64,000 nt of DNA from the human T2T-CHM13v2.0 reference genome, Homo sapiens. Made by a program: the position numbers and the translations under genes. Where the stretch lies: the NCBI RefSeq assembly GCF_009914755.1, contig NC_060935.1; one strand, written 5' to 3'. The notes under the pieces were generated by a model that did not search any database, was not told where the DNA came from, and was given only the letters and a program-made list of their open reading frames with translations. Positions 1-15,098 of the stretch are shown piece by piece; positions within the stretch are counted from its first letter, which is position 1, and each line of letters starts with the position of its first letter.

Positions 1-84
1 ACAAACAATCACAAACACCATAGTGTCATACAATATTCAATGTTTATTATTAACGTATGTCTGGCTATGCCTCATGTGTCTCAT

Positions 85-354
85 TCTGGGGATGAGGCTG
101 GAGGAGCAGCAGCTACCTAAACATGTTCTTCTTGGGATCGAGTTCAGAAGCTCCCTGCGGGGTGAGTAGAAAGAGCAATACCTCTTCAAGGCTGAGGCTC
201 AGAAGTGGTACCTTGTCACTTCAACCCACATTCCATTGGCCAAAGCAAACTGTACAGCCAAGTCGAATATCAATGTGTGGGAAATTCTTCTCCTCCCATG
301 GAAGACGTGGGGGGAAGGGAATGAATATGTGCCCCAAAATAAGCTAATCTATCA
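85..354 (-). mobile_element. Old MaLR LTR fragment (MLT1K/L-like)
   Basis: cacattccattggccaaagcaa motif and ...ctaatctatca terminus typical of an antisense MLT1. Confidence 0.6.
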
Positions 355-837
355 AATACTCCAAATATAAAATGGAAGCGACTGCAGCTGCCCTGGTTGA
401 TGGTTGAGACAAGCCAGCCCAGAATCATCCCCCAAATCTCGTTTGTCTCTCCTGCCTCCTATGGTGGTTCCTGGGCTACTTCATCAGAAACTAGTGCTCC
501 AAAGGACACAACTTTACAATAAAAGCAAGTACTTACATTTTCCCTGGATATGATACTGCAAGTACCAGGTTCACAAGTGGGGATTGAATTCTAGGCTGAG
601 ATAACATAATAAACAAAAGATGTTTTTAAAACATTTTCTCCCTAGCTCTAAGTACCATTCTTGGCACATTGTAAGTAGGTGACAATTAATGTTTCCAAAA
701 AGGTGAATAAAAATCATAGTGAAAACATAAACTTAACAGTCACTTGGCTAAAGAGTCTATAAAACTTTCAGCTAGTTTTACAGTTTAAATTTATCACAAA
801 CACCATTGGTACTTATAAAGTATACGGATAAAGTTCA

Positions 838-1176
838 AGAGAGCTTGTGTGCTTCTTGGAGCCCTGCCACCGCCATGTGAACAAGCTCAGGCCAGGCTGC
901 TGGAAAATGAAAGACCACGTGGCTGAGTGTCTAACCAAGGCCACTCTAGACCAGCAACTATAGCTGGTTTACTTCCAAACGTCTAAGAAAGCAATGCCAA
1001 GATCTACAGAGCTGCCTACCTGGCCCACAGCTAACCATGGATGCATCAGTGTATCCAGTTGAGACCAAAGGAACTATTCAGCTGACTCATAGACCCATGA
1101 GCAGTAATAAATGCATACTATTTTAAGACACTGGGTTTGGGGTGATTGGTTGCCTTAGCAATAGACAGTGGATGCA
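838..1176 (+). mobile_element. MaLR LTR fragment (MLT1H-like)
   Basis: ccaccgccatgtgaacaagc ... aataaatg..ttttaagacactgggtttggggtgattggttg 3' end. Confidence 0.7.
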
Positions 1177-1902
1177 GCTATAGCTGTTTTCTTACTATCT
1201 TTATGTAGGTGCTGGGATTGGTTATAAAGAAAGACAAAGGAAGTGATAAGAATATAAAACGAAGTTAAACTGGAAGTTTTAATTGAGGTAGTGAGAAAAG
1301 ATAGCCCTCAGCTACCAAAAGAGGCTGTGATATATACTAACAAGTAAATAGTTCAAAGTAGAGGTCCTAGAAACTCCTTAGATATCACCAGATTGAGGGC
1401 ATAAAAGAGTGCTGAATAGAGATGGAGAAATATTTTTGTGAGAATTATTTTCTTAGAGCATGTTCTCCAAGGGCTATAGTGGATTGCCTGCTTCTGTCCT
1501 CCAATACAGTGTGAGGAATGTGAATTGGACGGTTTGGAGGCGTGACACATTGAAAACATGGCGGATTAGTGTCCACCTCAGTCTTACCCAGGAAATCCAG
1601 AGTGCAAGAGTTGAGTTGGTGAGTGCTATGGTATTGTAGCCTGGAGACTTGCTGTATTTTGTGATTGGCATATACTCTTAATTTTTCTTTTAAGAAAAAA
1701 CATGTGGGAGTGTTTCCCCCCATGGACTTGATGTGGGTTCTGCATGTAGGATAGCCAGTGTAGGGGTCATCTTAGATCTATTCAAAAAGGGCTCCCTAGA
1801 GGGCAACTGCACCCCAATAGACAGCATCTGGAAGCAGATACTAGATTCATGGGATAGCAGAGGGAGTAAGCAACTACTGAAATAGAATATATTTGCCTTG
1901 GT

Positions 1903-2115
1903 CAGTGGTTCTCAGCCATGGGGAATTTCACCCCTCAGGAGACATATAGCTATGATTGGAGACATTTTTGGTTGTTACAACTGGAGAGGTTCTGCTAGCA
2001 TCTAGTGGGTGTAGGGCAAGGATGCTGCTAAACATTTTCCAGTGCATTGGACAACTCTCCACAACAAAGAATTATCCAGCCCCGACTATCGATAGCACCA
2101 AGGTGGAGAACACTG
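1903..2115 (+). mobile_element. MER20 (hAT-Charlie DNA transposon), full length
   Basis: TIRs cagtggttctc...gagaacactg; internal gcatctagtggg..aggatgctgctaaaca; degenerate 8-bp TSD gccttggt/gcttaggt. Confidence 0.85.
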
Positions 2116-2357
2116 GCTTAGGTAAAGGTGGTGTTTGGGATCACCAAAGAATGCACAAATAGGTCCCATGAGAGAGTCAGCTTTAAACCTGCCAAGCTCA
2201 GAGAGCACAGAGCCATCCTAGGTGCATGCCAATCATAGAGGGATATTCCTAACCTCTTTACCTCTTCTAGCTGCCCTGCTCCTACCCTTTATTTTCCAAC
2301 CCTTTCACACCACGGTGGTAGAACAAAAAAACGTAACTACAGTATCAAGAAGGGAAG

Positions 2358-2478
2358 GAGGCATGGTGGTGCATGCCTATAATCCCAGATACTTGGGTAG
2401 CTGAGGCAGTATGATCCCTTGAGTCCAGGAGTTTGAGACCAGCCTGGGCAACATAGCAAGACCCCTTTTCAAAAAGAA
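2358..2478 (+). mobile_element. Alu monomer (FLAM-like)
   Basis: Single Alu arm ending gaccagcctgggcaacatagcaagacccc plus short A tail. Confidence 0.85.
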
Positions 2479-3671
2479 GGAGAAAACACCAGGATTTAGC
2501 TGCCTGGATAGCCTTGAGGCAATCTTTTGTGGTGTTTCGCGGCATTGGGGAAAGGAATAAAAACAAAAAAAGAAGGGAGGGAAGATGGAAGTGTAGTGTG
2601 TAGAAGGGGATAAAGAAGACAACACCCTTATCCATGAAAAGTGACTAGTTTGCAACAGGCCCCAGCTGGAGAAGGAGAGATTTATTGTGAAATTGGTTTT
2701 GGAATTTGAAATATTCTACAGGACTGATCATTAGAATTATTGAGTTGAGACTGTGTTTATGGCTTAACATAACCCTAGGTCTCCCTAGAGTGAACAGAAA
2801 TGTTTTTGGAATTTACTTGAAATTTTATCTAGAGCCTTCTAAAGGGATATTGAGATGAAATAAGGTTGCTGATGGTACCCCCTGGGTCCTGTTTGTTTTA
2901 TATACTCATTACCTTAACAGTTGCTGAATAGCCACTGTGAAAGCTGGGAGCCGTCACATATATCATCTCACTTAATCATCAGAATTGAGGAGCACATGTA
3001 TTTTTCTCTTAGTATTTGAAGAGGCACCATTATTCTTACTTTACAGGGAGAAAACCAAGGCTTAGAAATGTGAACTATCTTGACCAGATGGCACTTCAGG
3101 GAAGGGCTGGGTAGTGGTGCTGCTGGTGGGGAAGTACGGGAGGTTGTTTCAGTGATATTCATTTTGTTAAAGCACATTCATTTTCAGAATCCTGGAATCC
3201 TACAGATAGGCATTTCATAATATATTACACTCTTGTGTCAGTGTGATCAGCTAAGAGAGAGAGACAGTAAGAGTTTTTAATGTGCTGCACATCAACTGAC
3301 TCCAAGAAATTATTTAGAGCCAATATTTTCAAGGTATGGGCAAGTAGAGAGAGGAATCCAGGGCCAAGTCCTGCTCCTTAATGACCCAAATTAATCTTTC
3401 TGCAGCCAGTTGAGTTAGTCAGACAGATGTGTGTCCTCTTTCCCTGTGGGCTGACTGAAGACTTTTTCATGGCACTTTATATAAACCTATGTTACAGTCC
3501 TTGTCACATTGTTTTATAATAATTATTTTTCAATTTTCTTTTGGCCAGGTAGGCAAGCTCCTCAGATCTGAGGGTTTTTTCACTTTATTCATTTTTTATC
3601 TTGTTGCACCTAATACATAGTAGATATTAAATAAGCACAGAATAATTTATTGAGCTAAAATCCTTGTCTTT

Positions 3672-3975
<304 letters not shown>

Positions 3976-4346
3976 TCCCTGTCTTCAAGGAGCTTACACT
4001 GTACATGTGGAAGCATGTAAAAAGGAAGTTGTAAAATAGTATAAATGGCATAATTTCTGTTTAGAGATACATATATGTTAGTATAGAGAGCAAAAATAAT
4101 ATCTGAAAGATTCTGCACCAAATGATTAACAGTGGTTACCTTTGTGAGGTCAAATTATAGAATCTTTCTCTTTCTGTAGAACATATTTCTAGAAGGGTTT
4201 ATAATACGTAGAATTATTTTAGTTATTTGATAGTCAGAAAATATAAGATACACATAAGAGAAATGAAATACTGTATATAAAACAAAGTTGTATGTGACTA
4301 GTTTCAAAATATCAGCATGCAGCAAGCATGCTGGAATTCAGGTGGC

Positions 4347-4423
4347 ACTCCAGATGATGAAACTACAGATGATGGAACTCCAGAAGATAAAACTCCAGAT
4401 GACGGAACTCCAGACAATGAACT
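4347..4423 (+). repeat. 15-bp minisatellite, ~5 copies (ACTCCAGATGATGGA-like)
   Basis: Units start at 4347, 4362, 4377, 4392 and 4407. Confidence 0.9.
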
Positions 4424-5374
4424 GGGGTGATCAGGGAAGCCTCCAGGAGGAGGGCTTTGAAACTTACACCTTATTCAGGGCTTTGAAATAGATTTCCAAA
4501 AAGCATCCAAGTCCTGATCCTTCCATTTGATCTCAGGATCTTGTTATTGCTTTTAGAAAAGCCAGCGCCATCTGTTTTTGGAAGCTGGCACCCACACCCA
4601 GCTGTTAATTTGGAATCCTAAACCACTTTAAAAATTAATGGCTTTATAAAAGGTCTGCAACTGCCTCTTAAGAGTTTAATATCATATTTATAAACTCAGT
4701 CTGTATTGAGTTCCAGCATATTGCAAATAATTTACAGTGTTTTCCTGCACAGAGCATAACTAATGTGGATCCACAGCTGTGCAGATAACTTTTCCTATCA
4801 ACAGATGATAAACTGTAAGTGGCCCCATTTGGATGTGGGGAAATAGTCCAGATTTTTAAACCTGCATTTGTGCCACTGGGAGGGAATTGCTATAGCAATG
4901 GCTTCCCTTACCTGGAAATCATCTTGATAGTAATAAATACAGCCAGCTTTTTTTCTGCTAGTTATTATACCTAGGAAGAGTGAGCTAGTCATGAAATATT
5001 AATATACCACCTGCTGGTCAGCTTGCAGGAACTCTTTCTTGAGCAGCTGATAAATAGTTTGGGAAGTGGGTCAGCCAGCTAAGGGATCCTGAAGTCAAAA
5101 GGCAAGGTCTGGAATGGCAGAAGGGATGAAGTAAATTTTGGACCTGGGTCAGTTGCTACATAAGGATAAAATACACACATTTGTGCCTTAACATCTCTTT
5201 AGTAATTTCTTGGTGCATTTCAGGATCCTAGAAACCAGGTCTGCTCTTTACAGGTATGAAGTTCTTGCCTCTAAGGTCCTGGTTCCTGTGCAATATTCAA
5301 TCTACCTGCATATCAATAGTCTTAGTTATAGTGACTCCATGGATAGCTTTTGGTGTAAAGTACCAACGGTATAC

Positions 5375-5552
5375 ACATTGCCACTTCTACCGTATTCTGT
5401 TGGCTAAAGCAAAGTAAAAGCCAAGCCAGAATTCAAGGAGCAGTAAAACAGACTCTATTTCTTGGTGGGAAGAGCCCCCACATCACATTGCCTAGAGTAC
5501 AGACACAGAAAGATGTGAAGAATTGGGCCCATTTTGTAATCAATCTACCACA
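5375..5552 (-). mobile_element. MaLR LTR 5' fragment (MLT1F/H-like)
   Basis: attctgttggctaaagcaa...aatctaccaca terminus. Confidence 0.7.
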
Positions 5553-5557
5553 TTGGG

Positions 5558-6022
5558 TGTGATGGAGAATTCTAGCTGTCCATCAAAATCCACTCTCCCT
5601 TCTTCCATAGCAAAAGAAATGCAGCCAGCCATGTAGATTACATTGCACAGCCTCTTTTGCAACTCATTGTGACCTAGGTGACTAAGTTCTCATCACTTTT
5701 CACTAATGGAATGTGAGCAGAAGTGACATGTGCCACTTAAGATATCTGAGAATGTCTTCTGGGAGGCTATATTCCATCCTTTTGTCAGCTAGAATCTTGA
5801 TGTAGCAACAAATCCAGCATCATTTTATTTATGCAGCTGATGACAATGTCCCTGGAGATAGAGGAGTAACAACTTACAAGAAACTTGGGTTCCCAAATGA
5901 CCAAGAGAAGCAGAGCTTTTTCCTGACCTGAATTGCTCACATCAGAAGTAATATGCAAAAGAGAAATATACTTTTGTTCTTTAAACTGCTCGGTTACAGC
6001 CTACCATCACCTAACAAATACA
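5558..6022 (+). mobile_element. MaLR LTR (MLT1I/J-like)
   Basis: tgtgatgg start, ctaatggaatgtgagcagaagtgacatgtgccactt, end ctaacaaataca. Confidence 0.7.
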
Positions 6023-6559
6023 CTGGGGCAACTGAAGGTGCAGTCACCATTCATTAGAAAACGAGGTCAACGAATACTTCACTCTGGTATTTTGTGGAAA
6101 GAATCCAAAGTCAGTCCTAATCCCTCCCTCCTCAGTCCCTCCATGGCCCTCAGCCTCAGAGGGAAAAATAAAGCAATGATCTGACTCCTTGTTAAGAGGA
6201 TTTTGGTTAGGAAGGTGGGGAGGAGAAATACCACTCTCTGTAAACACTTTGTAAATATACTTATTCATACTGGTATTTTTCTCATCTGATGAACCCACAT
6301 CACAAATCTTTAACCTTTGCCTGAAGTACTTCTGATCATAATTGTGAGGGCTTTCTATCACAGGAGCATTGAAATTCTGACTTTACAGCTCCTTGAAGGA
6401 GGATGGGCCACCACCTATATTTCCCTCCCAGCTGGTATCTTTGAAAATATTGAGGAATGGTGGAAACTGACTTGAAGAGTGATCAGAGCTTTCAAATTAA
6501 GAGGCACATCATTATTGAACCTTAGGGGAGCCTGCAACTAAAGAGAAGGACCACGTGGC

Positions 6560-7080
6560 TCCTCTATGTTACAATCTTCAAAGAATTTCTTATCTCTTTC
6601 AAAATTAAATCTAAAACCTTTGACAGGAGCTATTAATACAAGGCCCCGAACGATCTGGCCATTTGTGGCTGCACAGCTTCATCTCATCCACATGTCCCCT
6701 GGTTGCTTCGTGCCTCTGCTCCCACTGGCATGGGCATCCCTGTTTCTCTGTTGCATTTAGTGTCCTTCTGCACTCCTCTCTGCCTGGACAGTTTTCTCCA
6801 AATTCTCTGCCTAAGTCCTATCTATGCTTCTGATCAAAGCTACAATGTCAGTTCCTCTGGGAAGTTTTTCCTGACCCCTCAGACCAGGATAGAGCCCTCT
6901 TTCTGCCTTCTGATGGGACCTTTCCTAGCACTGCAACAATTATACTTAAATAAGTATTTCTTTCAAGTTGAATTGTAGACTCACAATCCCCTGAGGACAG
7001 GAACCATGTCTCCTTTCCTTACCACTACATGCCGGCACCTGACATAGTATAGCAGGCAGCCCTCGAAAAATACTGAATGA
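6560..7080. mobile_element. L2 3' relic
   Basis: tcagttcctctgggaagtttttcctgaccc ... gaggacaggaaccatgtc ... tgaatga. Confidence 0.6.
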
Positions 7081-7369
7081 GCTTATGCCTGTAATCCCAG
7101 CACTTTGGGAGCCAAGGCGGGCAGATCACGAGGTCAGGAGATCGAGACCATCCTGGCTAACCTGGTGAAACCTCGTCTCTACTACAAAAAAATTACAGAA
7201 AATTAGCCGGGCGTAGTGGCAGGCACCTGTAATCCCAGCTACTCAGGAGGCTGAGGCAGGGGAATTGCTTAAACCCAGGAGGCGGAGATTGCAGTGAGCC
7301 CAGATTGTGCATTGCACTCCAGCCCGGGTGACAGAGTGAGATTCCGTCTCAAAAAAAAAAAAAAAAAAA
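7081..7369 (+). mobile_element. Alu (AluY/Sc-like, slightly 5' truncated)
   Basis: gatcacgaggtcaggagatcgagaccatcctggctaac; long A tail. Confidence 0.95.
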
Positions 7370-8984
7370 CCAAACGAATAAACATATAGATAAACTAATG
7401 AAGGGGAAGTGTCAGAGACAGAAAGAAAAAGAGAGACAAACAGACACACGAAAAGGAGAAACAGAGAACATCAGTTTGCTACCTGATAGAATGGTTCACG
7501 TGCCAGTGAAATGCTGGAGGCACACCCTCCACCCCGGATCCCAGGATAGCGGCACAGCATCTCTCCTCCATGTCCCACTAGTTGTTTCAGATGTTAGCCA
7601 ACTTGTTTTATTCTCCTTGGAGAGATGCATCCGTGAGGAATTGGAATGCACCTTACTGCACATTCCCTTGTAATAGCAAACATGGTGAATTGAATCAGTG
7701 GCCTGGGCTTAGGGACAAATTGCATTTGGAAATTGTATTTATGTATCAAAAAACTAATTACCACCAAGTTCCACTTCAGTAGTACTTGATGATTTCATTA
7801 TTGGATCTAATTGTACTTCTATTCAGGATGAGAGTTTACTGTCTTTTAATTGATCATGGAAATTGAAGATACAAAAATGTGAATGGATACAAGACCTCTT
7901 TCTTTCGCTGATTTCTGGCCCATGGAAAACAAAATAGCCTCTCACCACTTTCAGGTGAAACATATAAATATTTATTCACCTTGAGCAATCTTTTGGGATC
8001 TGCTAGCCTCAAAAAATTTGGCATAATACTTTGTACCTTCTTTCAGAAATTTACCTCAATGACACAGGCTTCCAAATCGAAGGTGCACACTTTCACAAAA
8101 CTACAAATGGTTGTTCCTACAAACATCCACCATTCTTCCTCTGATATAAGAAGTGAGGCAATGGAAGACACACTTCTTCATGACCATTTGATGAGGGGAT
8201 TGCTGCCACTGTCCGCAGTATCAGTGCAGCTCTGTCTGCAGCTAAGATAGGAAAAGCTCATGGACTCATCCGACAGGAGAGTTGTGGTGGGACATCTCAC
8301 CCACTCACCAAAACTGAGAGTAGCAGGGTCTCCCATCACATTAAGCCCTGACACATTTTAATGAAGTAAAGCACTGGATTATCCCTGGTAACGTTTCTGA
8401 CTTGTCACTTTATAGAGGCAGCAAAAGAGGGCAAATAGTATAGCAAGCGAAGCGAAAGAAACCTGAACTTCCAAAATCTAACAAGAAGATCCCCAACCCC
8501 ACCTACACCCAGAAAGAAGGAACCCTTTTGTCTACCTTAATAATAGGTTTTGATTTATTTATCTTTGCTTTCTTTTTTTTTTTTTTTTTTTCCAGAAAAC
8601 AGTCACACAGGGCTCCGGGGGTATTTTTAAAGTGGTGACCTTCCTGCCCCCTCCACCAAAGGGAAAAAGGTTTGCTGGCTGGCTGGCTTGTGCACTTCCC
8701 TCTTATGACCAAACCCCTAGTTCCCTTGTCTCTCACATCTTTATGTCTTTCGAGTGCCTCTGTGACTCATGTCTCCTTAGCTTGAGGTCTATGCAGTCGG
8801 TCAGTTGGAGAATGAGAGTTTGTAACCTGCAGTGTGCAGAATCCAAGGGCCAACAGGCAACTAGGGCACGCTTCTCTTTAGCCGATGATGTTTTGTCAGG
8901 GCTCTTGTTCCAGTCTGGTTGTGAATAGGCTTCATTTCCTGGTTCCATCACATCTTCCTCTCTTCAGAGCAACTCGAATACTCT

Positions 8985-9200
8985 CTAACTCTGTCTGTGT
9001 CTCTTTGCCTCAGTCTTCATTGTGTTTCTGTTCTCTATCTCTCTCTCTCTCTCTCTCTCCCTCCCTCCACTTCCCCTCATTTTGTCTCTTTCTCTTTTTC
9101 TTTCTCAGTCTGTGTATCTCTCACTGTCTTTGCCTCTCTCTATGTCTCTATTTCTCTATCTATATATCTATATATCTATCTGTCTCCCTCTCTCTCCACG
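8985..9200 (+). repeat. CT-rich low-complexity / (TC)n
   Basis: (CT)n run and degenerate TCTC/TCTA repeats. Confidence 0.9.
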
Positions 9201-9741
9201 TCATTTTGTCATTGGAAAAGCAAAGCCCAGACCCCACCACCTGTTCAGGCTGAATCTCCTCGCCACGGCCTCCCTGACATATCCACAACTTAATGCTTTC
9301 TGGCCCCTTCCCTCCCTTTTCCTCAGAGATCTCCCACACTGGCCCATCTTGTTCCAGGGCAGATACCAACTCTACTCCATGCTTTTTTCCTTCTCATGCT
9401 CCACAGCTTTCCAGTTTTTCACAGTAGTGCTCCTGACAGCCTTGACAAGTTCCTCCTGAAGGCTTTTCTCCTTTCCTCGTGCCCTCTTCCCTCCTCTTTC
9501 TCTACAATCGCTCCAATATTTCTTTCTTTAACCTGCCTCACTAAGTAACCCATCTGGGCACCCAATGCTCATTGTTTCCCAAGAATCCTGATCAAACCGT
9601 AAAGCAGTATTAACTTATTCCAGTGCAAATCATATGTATGCATTTCTAAACTTCATTTTTGACAGGATTGCTCAATTGCTTCTAACTCACTCACACAAGG
9701 AAATTCCCAAAGCCACACCATTTTGAACATGAGAGATTTTG

Positions 9742-11610
<1,869 letters not shown>

Positions 11611-12672
11611 AAAATGAGAAGTTTTGTTACATGATGCCTGCAGTGTCTACTTGAAAACACACACCCCCACTTGCAGTTATATAAAGAGGATTTCCTTTTT
11701 CATTCTACAAAGTTTTACTAAAGGCCTGCTACATGTACACACTGCTATCAATAGAACAATGAAAATCTATGGGCCCTGACCTCAACAGCCATCATTCAGT
11801 ATGCCCATCCCTCACTTAGTGGCTCTAATTCACTCCTGAAAATCCTGCTACTGCATGAAAAGTCACTAAGAAACAATATTTTCATTGATTTTAATGGAAA
11901 AAAATAGGACGTATTTCACCGTGACCAATAATACTCGAACACAGTGATACTTGAACAATTTGCAATGACAGAATAATATCTCAATTGAATTGTGAAACCA
12001 AGTTTTACGAGTATTAAAACTAAATCCAGTCAGTTCATGAACTATGGTACAATCAAGGCTTATTTTACACCGTACAGGATGAAGAGCAGGCAGAGGCGGG
12101 TGGAGGGGGGTGAGAGGGAGCCCATTCTGGGAAATGTGCATTCTCCTTTCTACACCATTTGCTTCACTGAGCTGTACTTAAAATTATTACACAGAAGCAT
12201 ATATGTAGGGTAAAAAAAAGTCCAAATGCAAGGGGATTTCCAAACATGGGGAAATAATGCTCCTACCTAACACATTGAAGAATTTTAGTTGATACTGCTC
12301 CCCCTTCCTCTCACTGGGCCTATGAATGCAAAGCAAAACATTTTAGGACACTCATTGGTATTTACCCAAAGAAGTTGAAGACTTTCATCCACACACAAAT
12401 CTACACACAAATGTTTACAGCAGCTTTATTTATAATTGCCCAAACTTGGAAGCAACCAAGATGTCCTTCAAAAGGTGAGTGGATAAACAAACTCTGGTAC
12501 ATCCTGACAGTGAAATATTACTCAGTGCTAAAAAGAAATGAACTATCAAGCCATAAAAAGACATGGAAGAAACATAAATTTATACTACTAAGTGAAAAAA
12601 GGCAATATGAAAAGGTTTTTTTTTTTTTTTTTGCCCTGGAAAGGGCAAAATTATGGAGACTGTCAGTGGTTG

Positions 12673-13980
12673 GCAACCAAAGCAAAAATAGACAATTGGG
12701 ATTGCATTGAGATAAAATTCTTCTGCACAGCAAAAGAAACAATCAACAAAGTGAAGAGACAACCCACAGAATTGGATAAGATACTAGCAAACTATCCATC
12801 TGACAAGGGATCAATAACCAGAATATATAAGGAGTACAACCAACTCAATAGCAAAAAAAAAAAAAAAATCCATTTAAAAATGGGCAAAAGATCTGAACAG
12901 ACACTTCTCAAAGAAGACATAAATGACCAATAGGTATATGAAAAATGTTCAACATCAATTATCATCAGAGAAATGTAAATCAAAACCACAATGAGATACC
13001 ATCTCACTCCAGTCAAAATGGCTTATATAAAAAGACAAAAACGGAGCTGGGCACAGTGGCTCATGCGTCTAATCCCAGCCCTTTGGGAGGCTGAGGTAGG
13101 TGGATCTCTTGAGGTCAGGAGTTTGAGACCAGCCTAGCCAACATGGTGAAGCCCCATTTCTACCAAAAATACAAAAATTAGCCCAGCATGGTGGTGGGCA
13201 CCTGTAATCCCAGCTACTGGGGAGGCTGAGGCACAAGAATAGAATCACTTGAACCTGGGAGGTGCAGATTGCAGTGAGCCAAGATTGTGCCACTGCACTT
13301 AAGCCTGAGTGACAGAGTAAGACTCTGTCTCAAAAAAAAATGACAAAAGTAACAAATGCTGATAAGGATGTGGAGAAAGGGAAACCCTCAAACACTGTTG
13401 ACAGGAATGTAAATTAGTATAGCTACTATGAACAGCAGAATAAAAGTTCCTCAAAAAACTAAAAATAGAATTACCATATGACCCAAAATGCCACTACTGG
13501 GCATATATTCAAAAGAAAGGCAATCAATATATCAAAGAGATATCTGTACTCCTATGTTTACTGCAACACTATTCACAATAGCCACAATATGGAATCATCC
13601 TAAGTGCCCATCAACAGATAAACGGATAAAGAAAATGTGGTGTGTATATACTATGGAGTATTACTCAGCCATAAAAAAGAATGAAATCCTGTCATTTGCA
13701 GCAACATGGATGGAAATGAAGTCTATTATTTCAAACAAAATAAGCCAGGAACAGAAAGACAAATATTGCATGTTCTCAATAATATGTGGGAGCTAAAAAA
13801 GTGGATCTCATAAAGATAGAGAGTAGACTGGTGGTTACCAGAGGCCAAGAAGGGGATGGGGGAGAAGAAAGTGAAGAGGGGGAGAAGAATATAAAGGTAT
13901 TTATCGCCACTGATCTGTGCACTTAAAGATGGTAACAATAGTAAATTATACATGTATATTTTACATCAATTAAAAAAATT
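12673..13980 (+). mobile_element. L1MA/PB-type 3' fragment nested in the L1MC
   Basis: ORF2 C-terminal peptides ([20 protein letters not shown]; DICTPMFTATLFTIA) and a 3'UTR. Confidence 0.85.
13044..13340 (+). mobile_element. AluS nested in L1
   Basis: Dimeric Alu, gacaaaa TSD. Confidence 0.95.
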
Positions 13981-13996
13981 AAGATTTGTGGTTGCC

Positions 13997-14200
13997 TTGA
14001 GAGTACATGGACATAGAGAGGGGAACAACACACACCAGGGCCGGTTGCAGGTTGGGGGTGAGGGGAGGGAACTTAGAGGACAGGTCAATAGGTGCAGCAA
14101 ACCACCATGGCACAGGTATACCTATGTAACACACCTGCAAGTTCTGCACATGTATCCCGGTTTTTTTTTAAGAAAAAATAAAGTTTAAAAAAAATAAAAG
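13997..14200 (+). mobile_element. Short L1PA (older primate) 3' end
   Basis: ggtgcagcaaaccaccatggcac..tatacctatgtaaca..cctgca..ttctgcacatgtatccc plus A-rich tail. Confidence 0.85.
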
Positions 14201-14759
14201 AATCAGTGGTTGCTAGGGTTTAGAGGAGAGAGAGATGAATAGGTGATGCACAAAGACATTTTAGAGTGGTGAAACTATTCTGTATGAAACTATTATGGTA
14301 AATAAATGCATGTCTTCATAAACTGGCCCAATCCTGTAGAATGTACAACACCAAGAGTGAACCATAATGTAAATTATGGACTTTGGGTGAATATGATGTG
14401 TCAATGTAGGTCCATCAATTGTAACAAACGTACCACTCTAGTTGGGGATGTTGATAATGGGAGAGGCTATGCATGTTGGGGACAGGAAGTATATGGGAAA
14501 TCTCTGTACCATCCTCTCAATTTTACTTTGTACCTAAAACTGCTCTTTTTTAAAAAGTCATTAAATATGAAAAAATGGAAGGTCATTCAGAATGATGTGC
14601 AAGTCAAAAAGTCCCATATAGTCTCTGACTAGAAACTGTTGGGTCCAGTAAATGCCTACAGATGGAATACCAGAATCTCACTCTTCTTTGTAACATTTAT
14701 ATTTAGTGTGTTTTGAGTTCATTTTATTTGAGTGTGTTTTTTGTTTTAAAAAGTCATCA

Positions 14760-15098
<339 letters not shown>

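Larger units (their letters stand above)
12350..14575 (+). mobile_element. Old L1MC-like 3' fragment, split by younger insertions (host pieces ~12350-12672 and ~14203-14575)
   Basis: ggaagcaaccaagatgtccttca... resumes at tcagtggttgctaggg...tgtacaacaccaagagtgaaccataatgtaaattatggactttgggtga. Confidence 0.8.

Noticed and set aside
4288-4491. ORF with LQMME repeats, or a CRISPR-like array
   Set aside because: Head-to-tail 15-mer tandem repeat without spacers, in a eukaryotic context, with no splice or coding support.
8885-9459. Overlapping S/L-rich ORFs
   Set aside because: CT low-complexity DNA.
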